Assembly (NCBI GenBank): GCA_963730605.1
Contig: CAVSSM010000002.1
Coordinates: 384,001-448,000, forward strand
DNA length: 64,000 nt
Origin: an uncultured Chlamydiae bacterium
GTDB taxonomy: Bacteria; Chlamydiota; Chlamydiia; Chlamydiales; SM23-39
Direction of reading: 5' to 3'
Positions 1 to 12,875 of this stretch are shown here, in pieces (positions within the stretch are counted from its first letter, which is position 1; each line of letters starts with the position of its first letter). Made by a program: the position numbers and the translations under genes. The notes beneath the pieces are model-generated. The model did not search any database and had not been told where the DNA came from. It saw only the letters and a program-made list of their open reading frames with translations.

Positions 1-520
<520 letters not shown>

Positions 521-796
521 TACAATATTTTCTTCGCCTTCTTCAAGCGCCGATTCAAATTAATGAATTGGCTTATCTCTACTTTGTACTATTTTGTAAC
601 GGCATCTCCGAAAGAATCGCTGGCCCTTTTTTCCTTTTTTTGCTCATAAATAGCGCCTTCGGCTATGAATTTCGCAAAAAAAGAAAAAAATTGCAGAGCG
701 CTTCCTCTGGATCTGCTCGCCAAAAATTGTACAAAATCGAGTTTATATAATAACTATGTGATTTAATGCCTGTAATTCAATCTATCAAGATATTTG

Positions 797-2518
<1,722 letters not shown>

Positions 2519-2822
2519 AGGTCTGGGAAATCTTCGCTTCCCTATTTCGCTTTATGTTCAGTTTTTGATTAAAGCGAAGTAAAAAACATACAAAACCTTG
2601 GGATTTTTGCCAAGTTTTTTAAAATTTCACCTCGATTTTATCTCATTCAATGCACTGAACTCAAGAGCTTTGCAATATTTTTATTCGGTTAAGAATTCCC
2701 CCGCGGGATCTTTGCGTACATGCTTTCAATAAAATTGGTTGCATCATTCAACTGAAATCTTTATTCTGAGCCTGAAATACAACTCTGAGATCTTCAGAGT
2801 GTTCAAAAATGTGGAGAAGGTT

Positions 2823-3902
2823 ATGAATTTCAAATGGCAAAACGCATTCAGCAAAGCGCTGCTCCCTTGCGTTGCAGTCCTCGGGTTATCGACAAATCTT
2901 GAAGCCGCCCTGGACCAAAAAATGTCTAAAGAAAGGCCGAGTTTCGCATTTGCCTATCCAAAGGACCTCAATCTTGCGAATCCTTACGACTTTTACTTTT
3001 ATGTAGAGGGCCTTGCATTCGAAGGGATGCAGACCGGCATGGATTTCGCATTGGTGGACACTGCGCCGGTTCCCTCGCCTGTCCATGGAACCGTTGGGGG
3101 TTTTGGACAAAACGAAAGCTGGGGCTATAATTTTGGCACCCGGGTCGGTTTCGGAGTCTATGTCGATCATGACGCATGGAATTTCGACGTTGACTGGATG
3201 TGGGTGAACGTCACCAATTCGAAGGGATATCAAGCAAGCGGCGGCTCCACCCTCCCAACTATGCTGGCCGACAACGGCAATGGCACGTCGCCATACTCCG
3301 CATATAATACAGCCGGCGCAAGTTGGGGATGCGTATTCAACGTCTTAGACGGCACCTTAGGCAAGCCCTATCACATCAGCCGCAAAGTGATCTTCAACCC
3401 TCATTTCGGCCTCCGGTTCGCCTGGATCGATCAAGAGCTCGGAGTGAATTATGGGGGAGAGACGGCTGCAAGCCATGTTAAATATAAAATAGAGAACGAT
3501 TTTTGGGGCGTAGGCGCCCGGATGGGGGTGAATACGGACTGGGTCCTTGGCTACGGATTCAAGCTTTTCAGCAACCTTTCGAGCTCCGTATTGGCAGGAT
3601 GGTTTGACAACTCCCAAAAATATGGCGTCCCTGGCGGGGCTACCGTCGTAAAACTTACAAACAAGCCCCAAGCGGTTGTTCCAAGTCTGGATCTAAACCT
3701 TGGTGTAGATTGGGGCACTACCTTGGCCGATTGCAAGTACTACCTCGATTTGCGCTTTGGATATGAATTCCAAATTTGGTGGAACCAGTGGTACATAAGA
3801 CAGTTCGTAACAGGCCAAACTGACGGCAATTTCAACAATGTGCCAGGCTATGGCAACCTTTCTCTGAACGGATTTACTTTAAAAGTCCAGCTCGACATCT
3901 AG
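2823..3902 (+). CDS. MOMP-like / Lpg1974-family outer membrane porin
   Basis: Signal peptide, alternating beta-strand pattern, GYEFQIWW and LSLNGFTL C-terminal motifs; start set at MNFKW downstream of GGAG. Confidence 0.8.
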   Translation: MNFKWQNAFSKALLPCVAVLGLSTNLEAALDQKMSKERPSFAFAYPKDLNLANPYDFYFYVEGLAFEGMQTGMDFALVDTAPVPSPVHGTVGGFGQNESWGYNFGTRVGFGVYVDHDAWNFDVDWMWVNVTNSKGYQASGGSTLPTMLADNGNGTSPYSAYNTAGASWGCVFNVLDGTLGKPYHISRKVIFNPHFGLRFAWIDQELGVNYGGETAASHVKYKIENDFWGVGARMGVNTDWVLGYGFKLFSNLSSSVLAGWFDNSQKYGVPGGATVVKLTNKPQAVVPSLDLNLGVDWGTTLADCKYYLDLRFGYEFQIWWNQWYIRQFVTGQTDGNFNNVPGYGNLSLNGFTLKVQLDI

Positions 3903-3921
3903 CCTTATCAATCATATGAGC

Positions 3922-3954
3922 GAGGCCCAGCAGGAAACCGCTGGGCCTTTTTTT
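3922..3954 (+). terminator. Rho-independent terminator
   Basis: AGGCCCAGC-loop-GCTGGGCCT followed by a T-run. Confidence 0.75.
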
Positions 3955-4005
3955 CCCTCGAAAAAAGAGGGTTTGACCTTTTTGTGCGGAGCAGGTTCCT
4001 CGAAG

Positions 4006-5292
4006 TCATAGGTTCAAAGCCTCTTGGATCAAGTAGACTCCGATCCCTGAGAAATAACTGATCAAAGCGATCCATCCGGTTTTTCGCAAATACTCCATGA
4101 AGCTCACTTTTTCCAGGCTCATGAAGGCGATGCCGGCTGCGGATCCGATGACGAGGATGCTGCCTCCGGTTCCCCCGCAATAGGCGAGAAGCTGCCAGAG
4201 GGAGGAGTCGACGGGATGGGTTTGGAGGTCGTACATGCCCATGCTTGCAGCGACAAGGGGCACGTTATCGATGACGGCTGAAATGAGGCCGATGATAGTT
4301 GCGATCCCAGTCAAATTATGGACGGTGCGGTCAAGAAAATGGGCGAGCTCTGCCAATAAGCCTGCCGCATTGAGCGCGTTGATGCAAAGCAAGATCCCTA
4401 AAAAAAACAAAATTCCGGAAGTATCGATGCGGGTTAAGATGTGCGGGATTCGAAGATGCGCACGGGTTTTTTCTTCCCCGTGGATGAGGTCGGTGATGAT
4501 CCAGAGCACGCCAAGTCCGATCAGCACCCCCATGAAAGGAGGCAGGCCGGTCAATGCCTTGAAGATCGGGATGAAAACAAGGGCGCCGAGGCCGAGAAAG
4601 AAAATCAGCCGCGCCCCAGGCTCCGCCTCCTCTTCGCGGGCGCGCTCTTTGAGCCTTGGGTAATTGCCTTTCAACCCAATTCCAAAAATCAAAAGAGCCA
4701 CAACCAATGAAATAAAGCTTGGGAGAAAAAGGGTTTTCATCACGGCAAGGGTCGTGATATTTCCCTTGATCCATAACATTGTAGTCGTAACGTCGCCGAT
4801 CGGAGTCCAGGCTCCGCCCGCGTTCGCTGCGATGACGACCATCCCGCCAAGAGCCATTCTATCTTCGGCCTCCGGCACCAATTTTCTCAGCAAGGAAATG
4901 ATCACGATGGTGGTCGTGAGGTTGTCGAGGATGGCGGACAGAAAAAATGTGATGAGGCCGAGGATCCATAGGAGTTTCCTTTTCGAGCTCGTGCGGATCA
5001 AATCCGTTACGATCTTGAATCCTTTATGAGAATCAATCAACTCGACAAGAGACATGGCGCCTAAAAGGAAAAAAATGATCTGGCTGACGTCGCTGAGGCT
5101 TTCGGCCAAATGGTGGATATTCGCCGAAATTTTGCCGGTATTGATCAGAAATAAAAACATCCAGGTCAACACCGCCATCAAGAGCGCCGAGCCGGTTTTA
5201 TTGATCTTGATGCTCGTTTCAGCAATGATCGCAGAGTAGCCTAAGCCAAATGTGATAAGGATCAGAAGGTTGGCGAGTTGGGTATCTAACAT
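4006..5292 (-). CDS. nhaD: Na+/H+ antiporter NhaD
   Basis: LDNLTTT, AANAGGAWTPIGDVTT and DNVPLVAA motifs; multi-TM. Confidence 0.92.
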   Translation of the reverse strand: MLDTQLANLLILITFGLGYSAIIAETSIKINKTGSALLMAVLTWMFLFLINTGKISANIHHLAESLSDVSQIIFFLLGAMSLVELIDSHKGFKIVTDLIRTSSKRKLLWILGLITFFLSAILDNLTTTIVIISLLRKLVPEAEDRMALGGMVVIAANAGGAWTPIGDVTTTMLWIKGNITTLAVMKTLFLPSFISLVVALLIFGIGLKGNYPRLKERAREEEAEPGARLIFFLGLGALVFIPIFKALTGLPPFMGVLIGLGVLWIITDLIHGEEKTRAHLRIPHILTRIDTSGILFFLGILLCINALNAAGLLAELAHFLDRTVHNLTGIATIIGLISAVIDNVPLVAASMGMYDLQTHPVDSSLWQLLAYCGGTGGSILVIGSAAGIAFMSLEKVSFMEYLRKTGWIALISYFSGIGVYLIQEALNL

Positions 5293-5295
5293 TGT

Positions 5296-6261
5296 TTAAG
5301 ACCTCAAACCTGATTGAAGAATATCGTGCATGCGGAGCAATCCTTTGACGCTCCCGTTTTCCATAACGGGAAGAACCGTAATGAGGCGGCTGCAATCTTC
5401 TTCCATCTTACGCAAAGCTGCGATTGCAAACTCATCCGGACCGACGGTCCGAGGCGCATTCGTCATGAGAGCTCCCATTTGCATCCTCAGGGCGCGCTCT
5501 CCTTTCGAGTGAATGGCCCTTCGTAAATCGCCGTCGGTAAAAATGCCTTCGAGCCGGAAATCCTCATCTCCGATTAAAATGCAGCCGGACCGCTTTCCCG
5601 TAAGGATATGCAGGATATCGATGAGCTTGTCTTGCCGTTTGCAAAGGGGAACCGCCTCGCCCTTGATCATGAGATCCGACACTTTGAGCGTAATCTTGCG
5701 CCCTAAAAAACCCGCAGGATGGTTCGATGCGAAATCCTGAACGGAAAATTGTTTCGCTTGCATCAGGGCGATCGCTAGGCAGTCTCCGAAAATGAGCTGC
5801 GCGGCAGTGGAAGCGGTCGGTGCTAGGTCATGCGGGCAAACTTCTCTCTGAACTGGAAGATGGATCGTGAGATCCGCCGCATCTTCTAGCCGCGAAGACG
5901 GTGCCGAAACAACGCCGATCGTAAAGGCCCCTTTTTTCCGGATATAGGGAATCAGGCATATAATCTCTTCCGATTCGCCGCTTTTGCTGAAGGCAAGAAA
6001 AACATCTTGGCCTGAGACGATTCCGATATCTCCATGTAAAGCGCCGGCAGGAGAGAGGAAAAAAGCCCGCGTGCCGGTGGAAATGAGAGTCGCGGCGACC
6101 TTTTGCGCGATGAAACCGCTTTTCCCGACTCCTGAAAGAAAAAGGGTTCCCTGGCAACCTTGAACCCTTTCGAAGACCTTTTGCACCTCGCCGAGATCAA
6201 CCGAGTCGAAAAATTGATTCAGCGACCGGCGAAAGGCATCGAAGAGAATCCTCATGGACAT
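5296..6261 (-). CDS. kdsD: Arabinose-5-phosphate isomerase (SIS + CBS)
   Basis: GVGKSG, HGDIG, HPAG motifs and tandem CBS domains. Confidence 0.92.
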   Translation of the reverse strand: MSMRILFDAFRRSLNQFFDSVDLGEVQKVFERVQGCQGTLFLSGVGKSGFIAQKVAATLISTGTRAFFLSPAGALHGDIGIVSGQDVFLAFSKSGESEEIICLIPYIRKKGAFTIGVVSAPSSRLEDAADLTIHLPVQREVCPHDLAPTASTAAQLIFGDCLAIALMQAKQFSVQDFASNHPAGFLGRKITLKVSDLMIKGEAVPLCKRQDKLIDILHILTGKRSGCILIGDEDFRLEGIFTDGDLRRAIHSKGERALRMQMGALMTNAPRTVGPDEFAIAALRKMEEDCSRLITVLPVMENGSVKGLLRMHDILQSGLRS

Positions 6262-6314
6262 ATGTTATTGAGCATACTTGAAATCTTCTAAAAAATCGAT
6301 TAACTTCGATTTAT

Positions 6315-7750
6315 ATGATCAAGACACCCATCGCTATCGCCGAAGGCGATGGCATCGGCCCTGAAATCATGCGCGCGACGCTCCACATCATGGACGCTGC
6401 CGGCGCGTTCGTGGAAATCCATAAAGTGGAGATCGGGGAGAAATTGTACGCGCAAGGCTTTGCGACGGGGATGGACCCGAAAATGTGGGACGTCATCCGA
6501 GGAACGAGAGCCTTTTTGAAAGCTCCCATCACGACTCCGCAGGGCGGCGGGTTCAAAAGCCTAAATGTCACGATCCGGACGACCCTCGGCCTTTACGCGA
6601 ATGTCCGTCCTTGCGTCTCCTATTTCCCCTTCGTCGCCACGAAACATCCCGAGATGGATGTCGTGATCGTCAGGGAGAACGAGGAGGACCTGTATGCCGG
6701 GATCGAATACCGGCAGACGCCCGACGTTTGCTCTTCGCTCAAAATCATTTCCCGCGCAGGATCGGAAAAAATCGTCCGCTATGCATTCGAATACGCTAAA
6801 AGGACAGGCCGAAAAAAAGTCACTTGTTTCATGAAAGACAACATCATGAAATTTTCCGATGGGCTATTTCACAAAGTGTTCGACGAGATCGCAGCTCAGT
6901 ATCCCGACATCCTCAATGAACATTGGATCGTCGATATCGGGGCCGCCAAACTCGCCGACACGCCAGAGGTTTTTGACGTGATCGTCATGCCCAATCTCTA
7001 TGGAGATATCCTCTCGGATGTCGCGGCTCAGATCGCCGGCTCCGTCGGCCTTGCCGGATCGGCCAATATCGGCGAGAAAGGGGCGATGTTCGAAGCGATC
7101 CATGGATCGGCTCCTCGGCGAGCTGGCCAAAATGTGGCAAATCCCTCTGGCCTTATCCTCGCGTCCGTCCAAATGCTCGTCCACATCGGTCAACCGGACG
7201 CTGCGGAAAGAATCCACAATGCCTGGCTTGCAACCCTAGAAGAAGGGATCCATACCTACGACATCTTCAAAGAAGGGATCAGCAAGCAAAAAGTAGGGAC
7301 GAAGGAATTTGGCGCGGCCGTCGATCAAAAATCTCGGCAAAAAACCGAAAGAGCTTAAAGCCGTTTCCTATTCCCAGGCGGCACCGCCCCTCATCCATAA
7401 GCACTCTCCCACTTCATCCCGCAAGACAGCTCATCGGCGTCGACGTCTTCATCTATTTTCGAGGGCTCCTGCAACAGTTTTTCGACCGGATTTCCCATAT
7501 CAACATAGGGGCGCTGCGGCTGAAAATGATCACGAACCGCGGAGTCAGGGTCTGGCCGCAGGGTCAGCCCGAAACATTCTGCATCGAACAATGGCGCTGC
7601 CGCTTCATGTCAGACGAAGGAAAAGCAGTATCCCAAAATGATCTGATCCAGATTCTTCACGCCTTCGACCACGTCCAAATGGATGTGATCAAATCGGAGT
7701 TCCTCTACACCTTCGACGGAACCGCGGGATATTCCTCCGCGGAAGGGTAA
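6315..7750 (+). CDS. icd: NADP-dependent isocitrate dehydrogenase (3' part frameshifted, probably sequence error)
   Basis: GDGIGPEI, NLYGDILSD and FEAIHGSAP; C-terminal domain continues in other frames (ORFs 7309 and 7526). Confidence 0.88.
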
Positions 7751-7829
7751 ATTTTCAGTCCCGTTATACTAGTATTTCTTTTATTCAACACTAAATTATT
7801 TTATAATATATTAAAACAAGGAGTTTTTT

Positions 7830-8606
7830 ATGTCAGTTATTGCAAACACACTTTCTAATCCCAAAATACAAGTGAGCCTCGCAATCGGTGGAGTTATCAC
7901 TCAAACGGCCTCCTATGCATTCGGTCCCTTTTCCTGGCCGGCCTGGATAGCCACGGCAGCAGCAAGCCAGGTTTTCGTATTCGGCCTAAACGCTTTGGTC
8001 GACCGATGCCTCCAATCGGTCGCAAGCCGCAACGCCCCTCAACACCAAATACAGAGAGACGCTCTGCCAAATTACAATGGCAACGTCACTGAAGATGAAG
8101 CGATGGCAAGTGCCTTGCAGGCGTCAATGCAAGGAAATGCGATCCTAGGGAGAGATGATTTTCGAGCGATGCGATCATTCGGAAATTGTTCTTTTGCGGA
8201 GATGAATGGAGATGAACTGCCGATCCCGGAAGAATTTTTTATCCAAGTCGGTACCACAAATAGACCCTTCCATGCGGGAAATTTAGTCTTGGCGATTCTT
8301 TCTCAGCAAGAGCCGAAAGATCCATTTTCGAAAATACCTATTCCAAACGAAACCTTAGAGTATCTCGCCCAAATCATGGGAATCAACGGCGGGGCCTTCC
8401 AGAGCATTTGGGTGAATGCCGACACAAATCCTTCCGTAGTAGACATGGATCCTGACGTAACGGCTAGCAACAAGGTGGACAACCGATTTCAACAACTTCA
8501 TACCTTGCTAACATCGAACGTCGGAACCCGCGAAGAATTGCAGGCCAGAAGGAAGTTTTTAGATTTCTTGTCTGAACAAGACGTTTGGAGACAAAAATTC
8601 CGTTAA
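7830..8606 (+). CDS. Hypothetical protein, putative effector (N-terminal hydrophobic segments, UIM-like and U-box-like motifs)
   Basis: 258-aa ORF with GGAG RBS and AT-rich upstream; TEDEAMASALQASM; KDPFSKIPIP. Confidence 0.7.
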   Translation: MSVIANTLSNPKIQVSLAIGGVITQTASYAFGPFSWPAWIATAAASQVFVFGLNALVDRCLQSVASRNAPQHQIQRDALPNYNGNVTEDEAMASALQASMQGNAILGRDDFRAMRSFGNCSFAEMNGDELPIPEEFFIQVGTTNRPFHAGNLVLAILSQQEPKDPFSKIPIPNETLEYLAQIMGINGGAFQSIWVNADTNPSVVDMDPDVTASNKVDNRFQQLHTLLTSNVGTREELQARRKFLDFLSEQDVWRQKFR

Positions 8607-9970
8607 TCAAGGGAAACATCCTCTTCGAGATGCTTCTTGAGCTCGCCTAAGAAGCCGCAGCCGTAGATCCCATCCAAAACGCGGTGGTCGAAGGTCAGGG
8701 AAATCCACATCATCGACCGGATGGCGATCGAATCGTCGGGCATGGCCACCACTTTCTTGGTGATGGCGCCAAGCCCCACGATCGCAACTTCCGGGAAGCG
8801 GATGATCGGAATGCCGATCATCGTGCCGGTCATTCCGAAATTCGTCATCGTGATCGTTCCTTGCCGCGTCTCATTGGCCTCGAGACGCCCCGCGCGGGCC
8901 TTCTCAGCCATTTTAGCGACTGCTCGAGAAATTTCAGGGAGGTTCAGCCGTTGACAGCCTCGGATCACCGGAACCATAACCCCCTGCTCGACGCTCACTG
9001 CGATTCCAAGATTCACAAACTTCTGCATGACGATGGTATCCCCGTCAAGGAATGCGTTGAGGAGGGGAAATGCCTTGAGCGCCCTGGCGATCGCGCGGGC
9101 GACAAAAGCTGTGACGGAGATTTTGGCTCCGTGCTTTTGGAAAAATTGCGCTTTTTGATCTTGGATCAGTTTGACAATTCGCGTCACATCCACTTCAGTG
9201 ACTAAGGAGGCATGGGGCGCTTCATAGAAAGAGCGGACCATATTTTCGGCGATCGCTTTGCGAAACGAGCTCATTTTGACCCGTTCGGATTCGTCATCCT
9301 GGGGAGGCGGCAATGGCAATGAGTGTATGGCGGGGACGTAGTCTTCAACGTCTTTCTTCGTCAGCCGGCCGCCCTCTCCCGTCCGAAGGATCCGGCCGAC
9401 CTCTTCCAGTTTCAACCCTTTTTCCTTCAAAAGGCGCAAGACTGACGGCGAGAGAAAACCATCGGGAACCACAGCGCATTTTATACTGCTCTCGCCCAAA
9501 AAGTGTGAATCTGCCGGCGTCGGACAGCCACCGCTTTTGAGCCCGCCTCCATCGCTAAACTTTTCAAGTTTAGCTGCTTCTACGCCTGGATCAAAATCGG
9601 GGCGCTGCTTCGCACAAAAAATGTCTCCCAGACATTTTTTGTGATTCCGCAGTGGCATTTTCACACTTTTTGGGCGGTCGCAGTATACCTCGTCGGGCGG
9701 TGGAGCTGCTCTCTCAGGGCCGGTCCCGAGTCCGGCCAGGAGGGCCAGCGTTTCCCCGACTTGCATCTCTTGGCTGGGCTGAGCGAAAATCTCCTGGAGA
9801 ATCCCCGCCGCGGGCGACGGGATCTCGCTATTGATTTTATCGGTCGAAACCTCAAGGAGGGGCTCATCCAGTTCCACTTTGTCCCCAACGTTTTTGAACC
9901 ACTGGACGACCGTAGCGCTGACGATGCTCTCACCGAGCTTTGGCAAATTAATTTTAATCGGATCTGTCAT
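8603..9970 (-). CDS. sucB: 2-oxoacid dehydrogenase E2, dihydrolipoamide acyltransferase (68-aa in-frame insertion)
   Basis: Lipoyl STDKI, PSBD GEGGRLTKKD and catalytic FDHRVLDG motifs; which complex it serves is uncertain. Confidence 0.85.
   Translation of the reverse strand: MTDPIKINLPKLGESIVSATVVQWFKNVGDKVELDEPLLEVSTDKINSEIPSPAAGILQEIFAQPSQEMQVGETLALLAGLGTGPERAAPPPDEVYCDRPKSVKMPLRNHKKCLGDIFCAKQRPDFDPGVEAAKLEKFSDGGGLKSGGCPTPADSHFLGESSIKCAVVPDGFLSPSVLRLLKEKGLKLEEVGRILRTGEGGRLTKKDVEDYVPAIHSLPLPPPQDDESERVKMSSFRKAIAENMVRSFYEAPHASLVTEVDVTRIVKLIQDQKAQFFQKHGAKISVTAFVARAIARALKAFPLLNAFLDGDTIVMQKFVNLGIAVSVEQGVMVPVIRGCQRLNLPEISRAVAKMAEKARAGRLEANETRQGTITMTNFGMTGTMIGIPIIRFPEVAIVGLGAITKKVVAMPDDSIAIRSMMWISLTFDHRVLDGIYGCGFLGELKKHLEEDVSLD
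9482..9687. mobile_element. Palindromic MITE E1 inserted in-frame in the E2 gene
   Basis: TIR TATACTGC..CGCCCAAAAAGTGTGAA / TTCACACTTTTTGGGCG..GCAGTATA; TA duplication; net 204 bp = 68 codons. Confidence 0.85.
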
Positions 9971-10904
9971 AAGTGGATCTATTATCTATTTCTTGATTGA
10001 TTTTTGCAATGAGTTTTTCCCACTTTGCTTTTCCTTCCATCCATTCTATTTCTATTTCAATAAATACAATAGGAAGCGAGCAACGGGGACCTTTAATAAA
10101 GTCTTTTTCAGTCGTAATTAATGCTTTCGCTCCCAAGGTCTTGCACCGGGAGGCAAACTGTTCGAGGAGAAGGGGATCCGCCGGCTCGTGATCTGCGAGT
10201 TGCCATTCAGCCACAACAGAAGGCCCCAAATCATCTACATTTTTTTTAAAGATTGCAGGATTGGCGATCCCAGAGAAGAGCCCCACCTTCCATCCTCGGA
10301 CTAAGACCTCCTTCTCTTTCTCGTCCAGAACGCGGCTTACGCGATAGCGAAAGTCTAGGCCATTGCAAAAGACGGCATCGGCTCTCTTTAATCTTTTGGG
10401 GCTGTCTCGCAAAAAACCCCAAGGCAAATAGTGTCCTTTTCCAAAAGGATCTTCCTTTTTTGTAAGAACGATCTCGAAATCGCGGGCGAGCTTCCGGTGT
10501 TGCAAGCCATCGTCGAGGAGGATCAGATCTGCGCCCTCCTTGGCGGCCCGCTTTGCGGTCAATGTCCTCTTTTTGCCGATATAGATTTTCGCTTCGGCCA
10601 AACGGCGCTGTAAAAGCATCGCTTCGTCGGGGATTTTTCCATAGCCCCGTGAAAGGATCGCGACGCGCCGTGTTGCAAAGGAGGCCGCCATCATCTGGAC
10701 AAACGGCGTCTTGCCCGTTCCTCCGGCGACGATATTGCCGACGCTGACGACGGTGCAGGGAACTCTGACGCTGCGGATCCATTTCAGATCGAAGAGTTTG
10801 TTTTTGCAAAAGACTAAGCCTGCAAAGATCCAGCTGATCGGCGCGAAAAACCAAGCGCCCCGTTCAATGAGCCGGCGTCCCAGCAAGAGGACTTTGTTTC
10901 GCAT
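9954..10904 (-). CDS. lpxK: Tetraacyldisaccharide 4'-kinase
   Basis: VGNIVAGGTGKTP, SRGYG, DDGLQH and TTEKD; start set at MRNKV. Confidence 0.92.
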   Translation of the reverse strand: MRNKVLLLGRRLIERGAWFFAPISWIFAGLVFCKNKLFDLKWIRSVRVPCTVVSVGNIVAGGTGKTPFVQMMAASFATRRVAILSRGYGKIPDEAMLLQRRLAEAKIYIGKKRTLTAKRAAKEGADLILLDDGLQHRKLARDFEIVLTKKEDPFGKGHYLPWGFLRDSPKRLKRADAVFCNGLDFRYRVSRVLDEKEKEVLVRGWKVGLFSGIANPAIFKKNVDDLGPSVVAEWQLADHEPADPLLLEQFASRCKTLGAKALITTEKDFIKGPRCSLPIVFIEIEIEWMEGKAKWEKLIAKINQEIDNRSTYDRSD

Positions 10905-11472
10905 AGAATAATTGGTGTTCGACTTGTTCGATGAGAATATGGATTGCCGCCATCTGGGCTTCTTGGATCCGGTCAGAAAAAGGAAAGCCGGAGACGATCC
11001 ACTCGAGATCGCAAAGCCCTCGCATTTTTCCTCCGGTTTTTCCGAGAAATGCAATTGTTTTCAGCCCTTTTTGTCTTGCCGCGTGTGCCGCGGCGATGAG
11101 ATTTTCAGAATTTCCGCTCGTCGTCATTGCGACAAACACATCTCCCGGCTGGCCGAGAGCCTCGACGCCTCGCGAGAAAACCGATTGGAATCCCATATCG
11201 TTTCCAACGCAAGTTAAATGTCCGGGATCTGAGAGAGCAATCGCGGGCAGCGCGGGGCGAAATTTTCGATAGACCCCTGTCAATTCTTCGGCAAAGTGCA
11301 TGGCGTCGCAAAGACTGCCGCCATTGCCCGCGACCAGCAATTTCCCTTTATTCTGGAAGCAATCTGAAATCCAATACGCGGCCGTCTCGATGAAATGAAG
11401 GGCTTGAGGACTTTTAAGCGCATTGGCAGCACGGATCGCCTCTTCGACTGATTTTAGGATCCCGTTTTTCAT
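10864..11472 (-). CDS. gmhA: Phosphoheptose isomerase
   Basis: GNGGS, GNDMGF, TTSGNS and DRIQE; start set at MKNGI. Confidence 0.92.
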   Translation of the reverse strand: MKNGILKSVEEAIRAANALKSPQALHFIETAAYWISDCFQNKGKLLVAGNGGSLCDAMHFAEELTGVYRKFRPALPAIALSDPGHLTCVGNDMGFQSVFSRGVEALGQPGDVFVAMTTSGNSENLIAAAHAARQKGLKTIAFLGKTGGKMRGLCDLEWIVSGFPFSDRIQEAQMAAIHILIEQVEHQLFYAKQSPLAGTPAH

Positions 11473-11689
11473 GGATGGTTTATCCCTAGACACGAGAAAA
11501 CCCAGTCCTTCTTTTAAGCCTGAGGCGATTCTTGCTGATTCGATATACCGCCGAATCACAGCGAGTGGCGCGCTTCCGCATACTCCCGCGAAATAGCGGG
11601 AGACTGAAGACTGTCTCCCCATAAAGCATTCTGAACGCTCGGATGCTTCTCTTTTCGAACCAATTCTTGCAGAGACACCTTTCAGGCTG

Positions 11690-11719
11690 TTGACATTTGC
11701 ATAGACCAAAGCATAACAT
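11690..11719 (+). promoter_or_regulatory. Putative sigma70-type promoter for tnpB (possibly leaderless)
   Basis: TTGACA-N18-TAACAT, ATG 7 nt after the -10 box, no SD. Confidence 0.5.
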
Positions 11720-11725
11720 AGCGCC

Positions 11726-12863
11726 ATGTTAGTTCGGAAATCATTTCAATTCAGGCTGCGTCTTACAAAGAAACAAGCCAAGGCATTGCAAGCCCAGCTA
11801 GACGAATGTAGATGGCTCTATAACGAACTGCTCGAGCAGCGCAAACTTGGCTTACGAGGAACTGGATATTTCTCTATCCAAATATCAGCAACTCATGTTC
11901 TTGCCTCTGTTAAAAGAAGAAAGACCCTGCTCTTGATCAAGTCCATTCGCAGGTATTGCAAAATGTCGTAGATCGTCTGGATAAAGCTTTTCAGGCATTT
12001 TTTCGAAGATGCAAGGCAGGAGAAAAGCCTGGATTTCCCCGTTTTCGCGGTATGCATAGATACAATAGCTTTTGCTATCCGCAAAGCGGATTTTCCCTCG
12101 TTGGCAAAAAACTCAAACTCTCGAAACTCGGCACCATTCGCGATCAAGATGCATCGCCCCATAGAAGGAGAGGTCAAAACCTGCACATTGCGAAAAAATG
12201 CTTCAGGCGAATGGGATGTCTCTTTTTCTTGCGAAGTGAATGTAGAGCCTCTAGCTCCCAAGCAAGAAGCAATAGGAATCGATGTGGCCTTGAACATTTT
12301 GCAACTTTGTCCAACGGACAAGAGATTGCAAACCCGCGGTTTTTCAAGCACGGAGAAAAGGCGCTTGCAAAAGCACAAAGAAAACTTCAAAGCTGAAAAA
12401 AGGCACGCAGGAGAGGCGAAAACAAGGGAAAGGAGTAGCCAAGATTCATGAGCAAATCAGCAATCAGAGAAAAGATTTTTGCCACAAAGAGTCTAAAAAA
12501 ATCATCGATCAATACCAATACATTTGCGTAGAAGATCTGGACATCAAAAAAATGGTAGAAGGATCTCGTTTCGCAAAAAGCATTACAGACGCAAGTTGGA
12601 ATCAGTTTCGTCAGTTCCTCACCTACAAAGCGGCAGAAGCTGGTAGGAAATTGGGATTGGTGAACCCTGCCTATACGACACAAGAATGCAGTCAATGCGG
12701 ATACCGGGAGAGAAAAAACTCTCCGAAAGGAAGCATTGCTGCTTACGATGTGGGTATAAGACGACAAGGGATCTCAACGCAGCGCAGAATATTTTGGCCC
12801 TCGGATTGGATGGCCTGGGAGAAATCCCTAGAAGCCCTCGCCTTTAGGCGAGGGAGCAGTCAC
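11726..12863 (+). mobile_element. tnpB: IS200/IS605-family solo tnpB (several frameshifts) with right end
   Basis: HTH N-terminus, KPGFPRF, RuvC GIDV / VEDL / RDLNAA, Zn finger CSQCG; RE hairpin GAAG-CCCTCGCC-TTTA-GGCGAGGG then TCAC end; no tnpA seen. Confidence 0.88.
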
Positions 12864-12875
12864 AGTACTCTCAAT

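Noticed and set aside
11545..11650. ncRNA or IS left end upstream of tnpB
   Set aside because: Two small hairpins are present but match no family I recognise; insufficient support
11726..12830. Nuclease-dead TnpB (TldR-like) or Cas12f
   Set aside because: All three RuvC acidic residues appear present, and there is no CRISPR array
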